DNA of 64,000 nucleotides from Amoebidium appalachense (taxonomy: Eukaryota > Protista > Ichthyosporea), in assembly GCA_963693365.1 (NCBI GenBank), contig CAVNZM010000005.1, positions 12,485,728 to 12,549,727 of the forward strand, read 5' to 3'. The notes beneath the pieces were generated by a model. That model worked only from the letters and a program-made list of their open reading frames with translations. It did no database searches and had not been told where the DNA came from. Positions 24,880 to 39,456 of the stretch are shown in pieces; positions within the stretch are counted from its first letter, which is position 1; every line of letters begins with the position of its first letter. The translations under genes were made by a program, and so were the position numbers.

Positions 24880-25203
24880 CCCCCGGGTCCCGATACTAGT
24901 ATCGATCGATCCAAATTGAATTGATATATGGGCCCAGCCTGTAGTAGTGCTCTATAGTAGACACTTGTGACGATTGCACGGATAGTATTTGTTTGCCCCG
25001 ATATGACATTGTACACATGTCATGATATATCATATATCCCTGGCCCGGCGGCGGTGATCGAGCCATGCACGATACATGTAGGTGTAATTACCTGAGCACA
25101 CCCTTGACGCATTCACCACGGTGGTGGGCAATGTGCCGCAAAGCAGCAGGAAGACAATGGCCGAGCAAGCTCTGGCTAGCTGATCGGACATGGGGACGGC
25201 CAT
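23435..25203 (-). CDS. Gene B: signal peptide + C2 domain + TSP1 repeat + GPI/TM-like tail
   Basis: Signal exon 25092-25203 (CSAIVFLLLCG); C2 motifs DPYYEV, PSW, FRLWDHEPANIGND in 24062-~24574; TSP1 WSSW..CSVTCGTGTQ|ALTRTC joined over GC-AG intron 23699-24061; last exon 23435-23698 has a hydrophobic end. The junction from exon 1 to the C2 exon is uncertain. Confidence 0.8.
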
Positions 25204-27752
25204 CGTAGCTATACAACTGACGTAATTATTTAGTAATACCTGCAGACTGTATGTATACCCACGGGTGTACGGGGGGATCAATGCACATTTATTATTCACT
25301 CAAGAATTTGGCTCCCGGAAATGATAGTTTCTAGCGTATGTGGTTTAGAATTCTATATTTTGTGCCTAGCTGCGACTGCAAGGCTGACTGCATGCATATC
25401 CGACTTCGGATTGTCAACATTACTTATATACGCGCCGTCGCGCAATAGAATACAAATACGTGTGGTCCACCCGCAAACTTGGACCACCATATATAGTGTG
25501 GACGTGTAGCTATTTTGATTGGCTCGTCTATAGGTGCCAAATCGCCCGTGACTGAACACACCACACACAGATACATGATGCCATATCGCGGCCCCGGGGT
25601 CCAGGGATCCATTTCGGTCGGGACATATATATATATATGCATGCATGAGCATATATCTCATCGGCCATATATGGAGTCTTGAAGCTGTGGCACCGGTGAG
25701 GGCCTATGTATATTATATACGTGCGTGGTGTGTACATATAGGCGCCATCCGTAATCCTCGTTTATAGGCAAGAGCGAGGGAGTTGTAGCCCCAACGTTGC
25801 CGAATATTATGTACCTACACCAAGTGTGCACAAATTGTAGATGCAGAAAATGGTTGGACCCGATCGCCACTTCGGAATCGGATACCATTGGATATGTGCG
25901 CACCCAAAAGAATTTGAGAACATGTCGAAAGAACTTCATATGGCATGCCGGCAAGTCCAAGCTGCACCAGTTTGCCATGCACGTGGTCGCAGGCCCGGCG
26001 GGCCCCGCCTTGGGCCTGCCCTGGATCTACATAGCCCAGACCGGCCTATATCAATAATGTCCGTGCCGAAAGAGGGTGGCCGTGTCGTAGCCTTTGTTTT
26101 GTCTGAACTATAAACTTTAAACTATCATGATATATCACTGAGTGCATAGTTACATAATGTGCATCCGCTTTGAACCGCCCAATCTAAGCTTACGAATTCC
26201 ACACGCCCACATGTCCGTGCAGTAAGCTAGGAAAGGCACTTGTGACAGCACATGTACAACACCGCACGCAGTTGCACATGTATGCATACCTGCAGCAGGC
26301 ATATATATACTGATATATTAGGCTATGCACGACCCCTGCAGTACTGCAAGCAGGACTCTAAAAAAAGCAGGCTGCAGCTGCACCGATCATTACTAACTTA
26401 GTAGCTGTGGGGGCCGGGATCGATCTAGATCTAGAGGGCGGTTTGAGGATTTGAACTTTTTACCAGAGAGCATATCACCCCATTTTGTTTATTAAATTAT
26501 ATTTGACATTATATAAAAACACACACACACACACATATATATATATGAGTGTTGTCGACTTGGGGCAGGCCATCCGGACACTGCCAGCCAATCCGTGCAT
26601 TTTTGGACCAAAAGCCATCTTGGCCATGCGTCACGAGCCATTTGTGCAGTCTTCGGATCTCGGGTGTTTCCAAATTTGGGCAACAGGTTATTTAGGGATC
26701 TGTTGGTTGACTCTATATCGGAATAAATAAGTCAAAAAAAACGCAGGAAATAATTCAGTATTAATATAATATGCAAAATCACAAAAAGACTGTAATGTTA
26801 GGTACATGTACATGTACACTGTCCAAGCTTCAAATAGATATAAATATAAATAAATGTTTCAAGTTCGCTGACCCCTAGATCCCGACCGCTGCAAAGGCAG
26901 AATCACGGTAGAGCAAAGTAGCCAATCAGCGTCGCACAGCTAGGAATTGTAGAAGGGTATGACCAACTGACCATCATGTATGATGCAAAGATAGTATGGT
27001 GTGTCTAATACATCTAACCAGACCATATGATTTGACGAAAGAGTGAAACACGCACCTATACATGAAAATGCTTTTGAATTAGAACACTCAAATCCTCTGA
27101 TAAGATTCGCCGGGATAAAGGTTCTTCGCGGTGACCCGAGCCGTCGAAAGCGTGCGCCTACATGTACAGCATCCCTGTGAAATAAACTAATGGTAAACAT
27201 GCATATTAATAAACCCATTTATTTAAAATTTTGGTTATATCTATACGTCTCTTTGAATTTGTCACCGTTGTGAATGTATTGCGAATGGCTCGTTTGAGCA
27301 ATCCGATAATTAAGATCTATCATTCCATGACACACTATGATCAATGAAAGCAAAAGTCGTCACCAATAGTCACCAATAGCTTATTAGCCTTATATAAAAT
27401 GATTGGTTTGATTTTTTTTATAGTTTGGTTGCATTTAGAGTGAATTTTATAAAAATGAAAGGAGACAATCTGTTTTCTAATCGATACTGGCAAGTCGACT
27501 TCCATATATAAGTAAACACCGCTGCGAAATGCCCAGACAAAGCCCATGCGTGACCTGAAGGGAGGTGTACCCTTTTTGCTGATTGCGTAATCAATTTACT
27601 ATGAAGCGGCTCCCCAAATCGACAACACTCGTAAGCACTTGCTTTAACAGAAGCTTTATTTTATATAACATTGAATTATTATTTACCCCGGCTCCGCCCG
27701 GGCCTGGCAGCTGCTGCTCGGAGCAATCTTCGGATATCTCATCTCAAGCGGG

Positions 27753-27785
<33 letters not shown>

Positions 27786-27880
27786 GGGGGGGGGGGACTC
27801 TGGAGGGGGTCCGGGGGGGGGGGGAGGGGGTCAACCCGGCCGGGAGATCTAGGAGATCCTCAACGGGATAGAAATATATA

Positions 27881-27927
<47 letters not shown>

Positions 27928-28059
27928 TGCAGGCTCATATTGATCAATAAATATACATACGTACGTCATGATGATAAACGTCGATTGATCGCAACTGTTA
28001 ACGTTAACGTTGCTAGGGTTGCATTTTATACTCATCCACACGTCCTGAACCTAAGCTTA

Positions 28060-29044
28060 GGGCCTGTTTGGCAACGCGGAGTTACGAACTCCGGCGTAGA
28101 CCGTATACGCCGGGTATCAAATCAGTATCCAGATTCTGATTTGTAATCCGGATTTAGGTCAAAACCTGGCGTAGATAATAACCGCTCGTGCCAAACAGAC
28201 AACACTTTTTTCAGCTGCAGCTTAGTTTATCAAGTCACATTGCGCAAGTTTTACGTTGATCGGAGTGCGCATACTTTGCACGTATATCGTACCTAGGACT
28301 CAGTACTATTTTTTTTGTAGTGACTGTGCAGTGTCCCGTATGTATGTATTTGTATACACTGTAATGATACCATTTGCATATATAACAACATCAACGTTTC
28401 CGGTTGCAAAACCACTATGTATTTAGCACGAAACATGGCCCTTTCGGCCGCAATTGCAGCAATTGCATTCTTTGCTTCCCCCTACAGGCATCCTGTCGGT
28501 TCAGACAATCTTGACCGATGTGCAAAAGATTGTCTAATGGTAAAAAAAAAGGTTGCCTACAAGTTGGCCGCGAAGAGGAAGAATAGTTGAGGGGGGGCTT
28601 GTTTTTATACGACCTACCACACGTGGCCGGCTGTGTGTGGCTGGTCGCAGCCTGCGCTCGGGCTGTCGCAGGCTCACCAGCAAGCTGGCCATGCTGGTGA
28701 CAACGGACTTTCCGTTTGGCGTCTTTTCCACTTTAACTGTTTTTGGCTATATTGCACTGCCGCCAATTGGCCGAGAGAGAAATGTAAAAAGGTCTCACGA
28801 CATGAATTTTCATTGGTTTAGACCTTCACACGGCGTTCAATTTCGCGCATAATCTACCTCCGGAGGTGGATTATAGAAATTGGAGTACAAGCGATGTCCA
28901 AGGGGTTTGAAACCCGGCGTACACAGGCCCAGATTGGGCCGTCTGTTTGGCATCGCGGATTTCAGAAAATCCGCTTTAGCCCTAACTCCAAAATCGATCT
29001 TACTCCGGAGTATGGCCGCTAACTCCGCGTTGCCAAACAGGCCC
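28060..29044. mobile_element. PIF/Harbinger (Tourist-like) MITE
   Basis: 25-bp TIR GGGCCTGTTTGGCAACGCGGAGTTA; flanks TTA and TAA (imperfect TSD). Confidence 0.8.
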
Positions 29045-29484
29045 TAAGGAGTGCTGGGGACCCCGGGCCCTCCTCGGGGGCTGCGACTGCGGCAGTCACG
29101 TAGGCACTTTAACTCACACGCCGGCCGGCGGCCTACGCCTGTTCTCAAACGCATGATTGCGGTTGACGCTGGTTGACGCCTTGTGGTGCAGTGCACGTTC
29201 GAATTCCGCTAGCGCTAGCGGGTAGCATATAGATCGAAGTTGAAGCATCTGTTAAAGGCTTGAAGCAGATAAGCTACTCAGATTGATTGGTTTAGAATCA
29301 TTCTGCTGAAATTTTGTGGCAATAGATATTGAGCAGGATGATAATGCCCCAATCATAGTAGTTTATCTGCCCCAATCAATATCATACCGACGGATTTCTC
29401 AGCTGCCGATCTGCTCGAAGAGCCTGACACGGAGCTCTGTGAAGGCCTATAAAATGCAATCCCTCGACGTGTGTGCACATCCAG

Positions 29485-30495
29485 GCCAGCACCCTCACGT
29501 CGGCCCAGCTAGGCACCGACCTCAGCGTATTTTCAGGCACTTCGTGTGGCGGTAATATGGTCGCATCGCTGTTGGTCCAGGGGAGATGTAACTATGATAA
29601 TGTGGCCGGCACCCGTACGTATGCGATTTTCAGCAACGACCTCAACAGCGGCACCGTCACCTACAAGATTGGCTGCTCCGACAACACCTGTTCTTCCTGC
29701 ATGGTGGTACGTAACATTAGTACGTTCAATTGAAGTTCCCTGGTTTTTTTTTCTATCATTGTACGTATTCGGGGTGCTTTTGCATATACATATGCCCACG
29801 CACAGTAGCCTATACATCGCGTTCCATGGTATCATGTTCATGTGATATATGGTCTCGAAGCTATACATCGCTCGCATACGCATTTCCTGCAGTGATCATG
29901 GCAGACACTGCACACGTGCACCTGCACATGTACACACACACACCGTAAGCGCACATGTGTACACATGTATGAGACTGACGCACGTGCACGTTTCCGTGTG
30001 GTGACAACTCGTGCCATTCGACCACGATACGTGCATGTGCATGACACTATATTGCATATGTACCCTCGGACATCATGAAAAGATATCAAATGCATGCACT
30101 GCATACATGTATGCGCCTATCCGTTGCAACATCGATATCGGAAAACACTTTTCGTGGAAACGGCACTATTACCAAAAGTGGCAGTAACCTGTGGTGACCG
30201 TGGGTGCACGATGGATGCATGACCCTCGGCGAAAGGTTGACAAAGAACTAAAATTACTGAATCACTGAGATATATACTAATCAATTCATTATTCGATCTG
30301 AATCAGACGGGCTCTGTCTCCGCCTCGACCTGCGTGACGCTCAGCGGGCTTCCCGGGGTTTCCGGCACTGTGTCGGTGTACAATCCCAACACGGGCCTCA
30401 CGGTGCGCAACTCCGGATCCGGCAACGCCATGTCCCCCACATGGGTTGCAACCGCCGCCGCTGCCGTTGTGGGTGTTGCTGCTGCCTGGGCCTGA
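29485..30495 (+). CDS. Gene C (5'-incomplete): small Cys-containing surface protein with GPI-like tail; exons 29485-29706 and 30307-30495
   Basis: Phase-0 GT-AG join ...GCSDNTCSSCMV|TGSVSASTCV...; ends NSGSGNAMSPTWVATAAAAVVGVAAAWA*; no start or signal exon identified. Confidence 0.75.
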
Positions 30496-31063
30496 AGCTA
30501 CCATATATGGGTTGTGGTTATTTTCACACCCATGGCCATTTACGGATAGTATTAATTATTATTACAAGCTGAAATAAAGCGGCCATATATCACAGTGCTG
30601 GTCTGTGTTGTTTATTTTTACACCAGGATGATAATTTTTGGCTGAGATTTAACTATCTGGAGCATGGAAAGAGTGAAACCCTCCCAAGAACGTTGTTTTG
30701 CCGTATTTTCAGCGGGAGTGTAGCGTGATTCATCCGAAGAAGGCTTGCAAACACAAAGATGTATTTCGGAAAGGTAATTATTAATCATTTCCCCGAATTA
30801 TGGTACCGGTTTTCTTAATCATGCTACGCAATTGTACAGTGCACATGGGCGTTTTTACAGTCTAAGGATATGTGATCCTTATACCTTGCCACCAGGCTAT
30901 AAATAAACAGTTGATGCCTTCACCAATCTTTTTGTCGACAAAATTTCCATTGGTGAGGCTTGGCAGTGCGGTTTAATCGGTGGAAGTTAGGGCCTCGGGT
31001 AGGAGTGGCAGGATGGAGGCTTGCCCAAATGGTGCCTTCTTAGGATGTGGGACTACGGGGGGG

Positions 31064-31094
<31 letters not shown>

Positions 31095-31099
<5 letters not shown>

Positions 31100-31268
31100 C
31101 AGCATCCGCAAATAGACAAGTTTTAATCCATATGTTGTGGGGGGGGGGGGGGGGGGGGGGGTCAGCATCCGGCAAATAGACAAGTTTTAATACATATGTT
31201 GTAAGGGGGGGGGGGGGGGGGGTGTCAGCATCCGGCAAATAGACAAGTTTTAGTCCATATGTTGTAGT
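31095..31268. repeat. Three copies of a ~40-bp unit separated by poly-G
   Basis: GTCAGCATCCG(G)CAAATAGACAAGTTTTA.T.CATATGTTGT x3. Confidence 0.85.
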
Positions 31269-31515
31269 GGTGTGTTAGTGATAATACGACTGCTACATCC
31301 TAGGCTAGAGTACAGTCGGTGTGGAGTGGTAGGCGGTAGCTCCCTTATTTGGGAGGGAAACGGGATAAAAAAAAATATAAAAAAATTAGTCAATATGTTG
31401 TCACTTGGGCCTACAAAGTTTCAGTGTGCCACCATCGCCCCATTTCCCCCATACACTAGTTTTGGGTTTGGTAGTCACGGGCGGCGGCGGTGTGTGTGTA
31501 AGGAAGTGTGTATGT

Positions 31516-31684
<169 letters not shown>

Positions 31685-31784
31685 TGTGCCGGTATGTGTG
31701 CCAGTGTGTGTGTATGTGTGCGTGTGGCTGTGTTGGGAGGTTGGGGGTTGGGAGGGGGGGGAGGGGGGGAAGGGGGGGGGGTGT

Positions 31785-31830
<46 letters not shown>

Positions 31831-32737
31831 AACTCAAGTTTCAATCTGCCTGGCTGTGGATGGCCCAACAGCAATGAACATGCGGGAATCCGTGCAGGCG
31901 TGTTTGCACAGGAGCCTCGATATCGATCGACCCTTTCTCTCTCTCTTTCTCCCCCCCGAGGCTCTCGCTCTCTCCGGCTCCCTCGGCGATCTCTCTTCGA
32001 GTCCCTCTCTCCGAGTCTCCGAGGCTCTCTCCCTTTGCCTTTCAGGCTCTCTCTCTCTCTCTCCGCTCTCTCTCAGCCGGAGTCTCCAGCAGTCTCCGGC
32101 CCTCTCTCTCTCTTTCCCCAAAAGTTTTTCTCCGACTCTCTCGGGCCGTTTCTCTCTCAGGCTCCCAGAGTCGCTTCCCCCCCCCCCCCCCCCCCCCCCC
32201 CCCCCTTTACCGCCCTCCCCCCCCCCCCCCCCCCCCTCCCCCCGTCCCCCCCCCCAAAGCTCTGAGGCTCTCTCCCTATCCCTCTCGCCCCAGCACACAC
32301 GCACACACTCTCTCTCACTCCCCCTTCCAAGGTCATCGCTCAAGGTTCTTTCGAGGCTCTCTCTCCCCAATTCCGCCTTCCCTTCCCCCACCCCCCCTGC
32401 CCCTCCCCCCTCCCCCCACCCCCCACCCCCCCCTTCCCTCCGAGTCCCTCCCTCCCTGCCTTCCTGCAGCTGCATGCACGCAAGTTAATTTTCGGCCCCG
32501 CATAGAAAGAAGGCAATCCGGAGATGCTGTATTCGGCACTTTCGGATTAAAAATTCTGGAGCTTTCTTGATTATTGCTAAATTATTCCGATTCCTAAATA
32601 ATACCTGAATTACTCCACAATTCCGGATTTTCTTTCTAGCCGGCCACTACTATGTGCAGTACGCCACATATGCCCAACCCAAAGCAGCCCCCCCCCCCCC
32701 CCCCCCCCCCCACATATATAAGTGACGCTCCACCATA

Positions 32738-32772
<35 letters not shown>

Positions 32773-32775
32773 GAG

Positions 32776-32828
<53 letters not shown>

Positions 32829-33454
32829 GCGGCCGGAGAGAGCCTCGGAGCCTGACTGAGAGGGAGATCCTAGGCTAGAGGAATTTGAGGTAATAACTAT
32901 ACATTCGACCGGCAAAAGAATTCCATATTTAACTTCATGGGTGTCAGCATCCAGCAGCCAGAGCTCGAGCACACGCCGGCGGTATGTACATCTCATTATC
33001 CCCCCCCCCCCCCCCCCCCCCCCCCCACAAACACCCCGCTTACAGCCACATGCACTGCTGCATCTCTGTATGTAGAATGTGTATATGCTACGGATGTGGG
33101 TGTGGCCAGGCCCCCTGCCCAAACACCTTGGTTAACTAAAAGAGTTAAGAGTGCTTTTCAAGTTACCGCACGTACGTCCTGCACGTGGGTGGGTGTTTTA
33201 ATTAGTGTGTATATGGATGTGGAATTCGGGTTGTCCACGAAACACGTGGCCACTGTGCTTCTGTGCAAGATTTTCAATTAATACTTTTTACCGCTAAATC
33301 TAAAATTTATTGTCGAAGCCACCACTGCCTTGTGGTTGGTTCACCCACTGGGAGAGCATTACCACGATACTTAATAAAAAGGCTGTGCCCGTTTCCGGAC
33401 ATGGGGAAAGAAACCGGGTTATTTTGTGTTGTATACGTTTGTACATGCCAAAGT

Positions 33455-33554
<100 letters not shown>

Positions 33555-34881
33555 CTGTGTGCCGGTATGTTTGTGTGACGGTGTAGGTGTTGTCACTGAG
33601 GTAGTTTGCGCCGGTGTGTACGGGCAGCCGCGCGCTTACCATAGGGGAAGCTCATTATGTGGGTAGTGTGTAAAGTGTCTGTGTGCCCGGACGAGCCTCT
33701 GTTGGTGCGGGCGTGATTCACGGTAAACTGTTAGCACTCATAGCATGTCTTCGCAGGTGCGCCACCCGTGGGTATTGGCCGGGTGGCCATATTCCTGCGT
33801 GTGTTTGTGCATTTACCGGTCTGGGTATAATTAGCCAGAGGTTGAGTATCTCCCCGTGTACGTGACCCTGTTCTTGCAATGCATATGATTGAATTTCCGA
33901 AACTGCAGGGAGTATATCTTTGAGTCACACCCATGTACCCCCAGTATATCTTTGAGTCACACCCATGTACCCCCCCCCCCCCCCCCCCCCCCTCCCCCCC
34001 CCCTCACTCTTATCTTCTTATCCTCCCTAGCTACCCATTTTTCCAGTTTTCCCCCCCCCCCCCCCCCCTCCTCAACACACCGTATACATACATTTAATCT
34101 CACCAAATGCCCAAATGACACTGTGGACCCGCACCCGGCCACATCTCCCTACTTTTACCCAACACACTGCACCCCAGTTACGTCTAAGTCGAAGGGAAAA
34201 GTATTGGTTGTGAGTATTAATACTTCCTACTATGTTGGTTCGGTTAATGCTTCGGCTAGCGCTCCTATTACATCGCTGTGGGTAATAAACATGATACTTT
34301 TAAAAATGTAGTACCGTTTATTAGTATTTTTTTATTCAAAGTTCAAAAGTTTATTTATTAGGGGGTTTCCTTCACGGCTGTCTTTGGGTGTGTACTGGGC
34401 CCCACATACACAAGTTACAAGTGCAGCAACAAAAGTGGCCGCCATGACACCTGTAGGGTGGACCCGCAAAAAGATCTTGTGGAATATATCTGGAATATTG
34501 TTTGGCCTCCATCAAAGCAACATAATCCATATTTGGGTAGGCCCCTGATACTACGTAAGCCGTTTGATTGGCTGTGCAAGCACGACATCGTAACCGCAGC
34601 CAATTGCAATCAAACTGCATATCATCAGGGCCCCCCCCCCCCCCCCCCCCCCCTCCCCAGGCTTCCGCGCTGCAAAGCACACAGTCACACTGATACAGCC
34701 GTGGCCTGCTGACAGGTGCGCACGCGCACACACACACACACTGACACACACACACACATACACACACAGATACCGTCACACAAACACACACACCTTGACC
34801 ACGTCGTGTACACATGCCTTCACAATGACACGATTATACCACGTGCACAGTGTGAGGGTTGGTGGATGGGGTGGGAGGACT

Positions 34882-34916
<35 letters not shown>

Positions 34917-35544
34917 GGCCGGGGCAAGCATTGGGGGGGGGGGGGGGAGGGGAGGGGGGGGGGGGGGGGGGGGGGCTGGGGTCTGGCCGATTGCTCCGTT
35001 GAAAGCAGCTTGTGCACCGTGGCATGTGTGGGTGTGTGGGGCGGATTGGGGTGTGCTACGGTAGGGGTAATCGACTAGTAATACGGAGTATTTAGGAAGT
35101 ATTCGGAAGGATATTATTGCAGCCAGTGTGGAAATACAGCATTTGTGTAGGGTGCAAACAAGGTGACACGTGATGATGGCTGTGATCATGATCGATGCTG
35201 GCGGCTATGCATATGGGCTCCAAAAATTCGCACGCAAACGAAAACGAAATTTTGGCTCAGTCAAAGTTTGTAGCAGGTCTAGTGCCGCCACTGCACACGC
35301 ATGTACGGGTGGCACGCACACCCCTGCCGGTACATATGTGTTAACGTTGGCGGCTATCCCAGCGCCGAGCGCTGGCCAAAAACAGAACGGTAATACTACA
35401 TAGCTAGCAGCTGAGCATGCATGCATGGCTCGTGCGTGCCGTGTGTACTGTTGACAAACTTTTCACTCACGTGTGCACAGGTATACGATGCCTCGCTACG
35501 ATATCCCAGCGGTGTATGGATGCGGGGCGGGGCTGGTGTGTGTG

Positions 35545-35612
<68 letters not shown>

Positions 35613-36414
35613 TGTGCGCCATGGTCGTGTGGGTCTACGTGACGTTACAGTTGTACGTGGCGCTCACTCCGGCCATTGTTTCGTCAGTCTCTTTGCTTGT
35701 GTGTGTGTGTGTGTGTGTGCGTGCATGCGGGCGTCTGTGTGTGCGTGTGTGCGCGCGTTTGTATTGGTAAAGGGGGGGGGTGGGGGGGCAAAACACATTC
35801 ACATCTCTAAATATGTCTGTGCAAGACTCTACATCATGAGTCAATCTTTATTGTACCAACAACCAACAACATTCTTTTTTCGGGGTTTTTTTGCCAGGCT
35901 GCCCTGAAGACTAGAGCAATACAAACAATGACCCCACAGTCACTTACATTCAGCTGGATTTAATAATCCAGGCACTACATTTTAACTGAGGGTTACCTAG
36001 TACATACATGGCAACATTCATGTGTGATTCACGCCTCATCCGCATGCGATCACATCTGCACACTTCTATCAAGCCCGGCACATTAAAAAAGCCACAGTCA
36101 CCAGTACTGTGAAGTTGCCGACACTCCCTTACAAAGTGAGCACCGCGAGAAAACTGTAACTTACAGGGCTGAAAAACGTGTGAAAGTTTATGCTAGCTGT
36201 ACACAACAGAAACAAAATGCTACAGTGGCTTGCATCGTACATAGGGGGGAAAACCAGGGACCAGGAAAAAAGGTAGAAAAGGTGGGGGAGAGTTGAAAAC
36301 ACACTGTTGGTTGTACATGCAGGAAAAAGTGCTTTGCTTTGACAATGTACAAGTTGCTGCTAGAATGATCTGTACAGTTGACTATTACAACTAATTAGTA
36401 GTGTTACTATTGTT

Positions 36415-36460
<46 letters not shown>

Positions 36461-36521
36461 TGCACGTCTGCAGCTGGAAGGTATGTGGCACACCGACGTG
36501 ATCCTACGGGAGCAGATCCCA

Positions 36522-37231
36522 TCAGCACGTGCAGGCCACCGTCTTGTTGCGGGCATAGAGGTTACACTGCAGAGGGGGGCAAATATTACCATGTTTGGAC
36601 ACACATCACAGTCGGATATGCTTAGCTCACCAACGAGGATCCTCTTCCTCCCCCCCAGCCCCCCCCCCCCCCCCTCTCTCCTCTTTCTTATTTTTCTTTA
36701 TTAAAAAAAAAAAACAAAAAAAACAAAAAAAAAAAAAAAAAAAAAACAAACAAACAAACAAACAAAACAAAAAACAAAAAAAATCGGTAGCCCAAATAGG
36801 CAACATTTGCACTGCTTATTCAGAATCCTTATTTAGTCAACTTTCTGCGCTTCTGTCTTCAGATCTATGTATTTCCTTCTTACCCCAACCACTCAATCCA
36901 AACCAAGTTAAGAGCACACACACATCCCATTCACCAAACAAAACACTACAATAACCCACGTGTTCACACCCACCCACCCACCTCAGTGCCCAGAGGCTTC
37001 TCATCCAGCTGCCGCACTTTGAACACCTGTAGTTGGTCTGTTCTATTGCACAGGTCCACACATAAATGGCTACCGCATGCAACCACACACGTGTCTCGCT
37101 CATAGAGTGACCGTATCAGTCCATCTGCACCCAGCTGCCACTGCTGCGTTTGGTCGTCATATGATGCACATGGCCTGGTGGCGAGGTTGGCGTTGGGTGC
37201 ACTATCGTAGGTTAGGCATCCTTGGCCGATG

Positions 37232-37302
<71 letters not shown>

Positions 37303-37594
37303 CTCGTGTGTGTGCCAGCAGTAGAGTTAAGTGAGACAAAGAATGAGCGAGTCAGTGACCTTGAGTGTGCGTAAAAATACCTAAACCTGTGGGCCGCATG
37401 CCTTCTAGCAAAAGATGTACCTTTAGTAAGGCAAGCCCGGTGTGTGTGTGTGTGTGTGTGCTTCCGAGGTGTATCCGGCAAAGGATCGGTGGAGGGGTTA
37501 CAATTCAAGTGTGTATGCCACAAACAATGCCACCGTTTAAGAAGAGAAAGCAGAATGTTTGGTGTGGCTAGAGGAGGAGGAGGAGTGAGGGGAA

Positions 37595-37638
<44 letters not shown>

Positions 37639-37911
37639 AATACCGGAGGGTTGGGGCATCCACCAGCACATCTATGCCCATTGGTCCGAGCACGGCCTGC
37701 AAAATGGCACAAGATCAGATACCACATGGGGTTAGACACTACCTGGGATTAGATACCACATATATAACATATCAGATGCGTCGGATATAATGCACCACAC
37801 ATGTATGATTATGTGGGATACTATATTACAGGGATCAATGACAGAATGATGTGTGCAAGTACCCACGTGCCTAAACCAAAACACGATTAAAACCACGTCA
37901 CACCCAGTGAA

Positions 37912-37951
<40 letters not shown>

Positions 37952-38061
37952 TCATTAGGCTGTTCAATTGATAACTTCTCAGGAGATCAACACAAGCTTG
38001 ATGGCAGACACACCGTCTCCTCCCCCCTTTCCCCCCCTTGCTCCCCCCCCCCCCCCTCTCC

Positions 38062-38106
<45 letters not shown>

Positions 38107-38562
38107 CCACCCACCAACCCACCCACCCACCCTCACACACACGTTCACTCACCGTTCCCACTGCATCCACACTTGCATATGTGCCTGTGCCCACCGACTC
38201 CAGTCTGTTTGCCGGCATGGCACTGCAGTTCCGTGTGTACCTCACAAGATTCGTGGCACAGTTACACGTGTCTATACGTGCCCACATATCACATAGGCAG
38301 TCTGTAAAATAGCAGGCAAGAAGAAAAAAAAAAAAAACCAACCAAAAAAAAAAGGTGGGGGGGGGACAAGAGGGTAAGTATGCGGCTATAACGGATCATG
38401 AAGGACAGGTTCATGCAGATACAGTGTGCATGTTGAGGGTAAGCAGGAAAGGGCTGGAATCTGGAAGTGAGGCGCAGAATTGGGGGTTAAGGGTAGGTTT
38501 GTACACGGTTTAAGACACGCTTTGAACCCCATAGCAGCATTTCCTCCATTATTGACCCCCCG

Positions 38563-38614
<52 letters not shown>

Positions 38615-39009
38615 AAACACACCAACCCGTTACCTATCAACATCACCACAGCCACCAATCCACACACGACCGTTCACTTACCCACCTTCCCCCCCCCCCC
38701 CCTCCCCCTCGCCCCCCATTTCCAATCACACACGAGCACAGTTTCACACACACACCGGCACGTACTTGTGCAGTTATATGTCGGACACGGCTCTGTCTGC
38801 TCCCTCAATCCCTCACAATCCTCGCTCACTCTTGCCCCCGCACATGTGCGTTTACGTGTGCGCACCCCCGCCATGCCCTCCCCACACATCCCATTGCACG
38901 TGCTCCATTGGCCCCAAGGAGCCCACGTGGGTACGGCCACTGCCGGGCAGATAACGTCGGTGCATGCCTCAGTCTGTGTGTGTGTGTGTGTGTGTGTGTA
39001 CGTGTGTGT

Positions 39010-39040
<31 letters not shown>

Positions 39041-39423
39041 GCGGCGGGGAGAGAGAGAGGGGGGGGGGGAGTAGGAGGAGAGATGTTAGAATGGTGGTAG
39101 GGTATGAGGTAGAACTACACAAAGATAGTCAAGGACACCACGGCACAGAGAATGAAAGATGAGCACACAAAGTTTCTGACACAAAGGCACGCTTTAACAT
39201 CTGGGGCTCAAGTAATCCATGGTCTCTCCCTCTATATGTGCGTGTTTGCGTGCATGTGCATGTGTTTGTGTTTGTGTTTGTATTTTGTGTGTGTGTGTGT
39301 GTGTGTACGCGCGCGTGCATGCCAGGCATTGGTTTCGGCCAGTGCACTTTTGGCTTGGGTGTTATGAATGGCCCCAATGCTACAGGTAACGTTGCGAGCT
39401 GTATTCATCCATCATCCCCCCCC

Positions 39424-39456
<33 letters not shown>

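Noticed and set aside
31095-31268. CRISPR-like repeat-spacer pattern
   Set aside because: The spacers are only poly-G, there are three units, there are no cas genes, and the context is eukaryotic.
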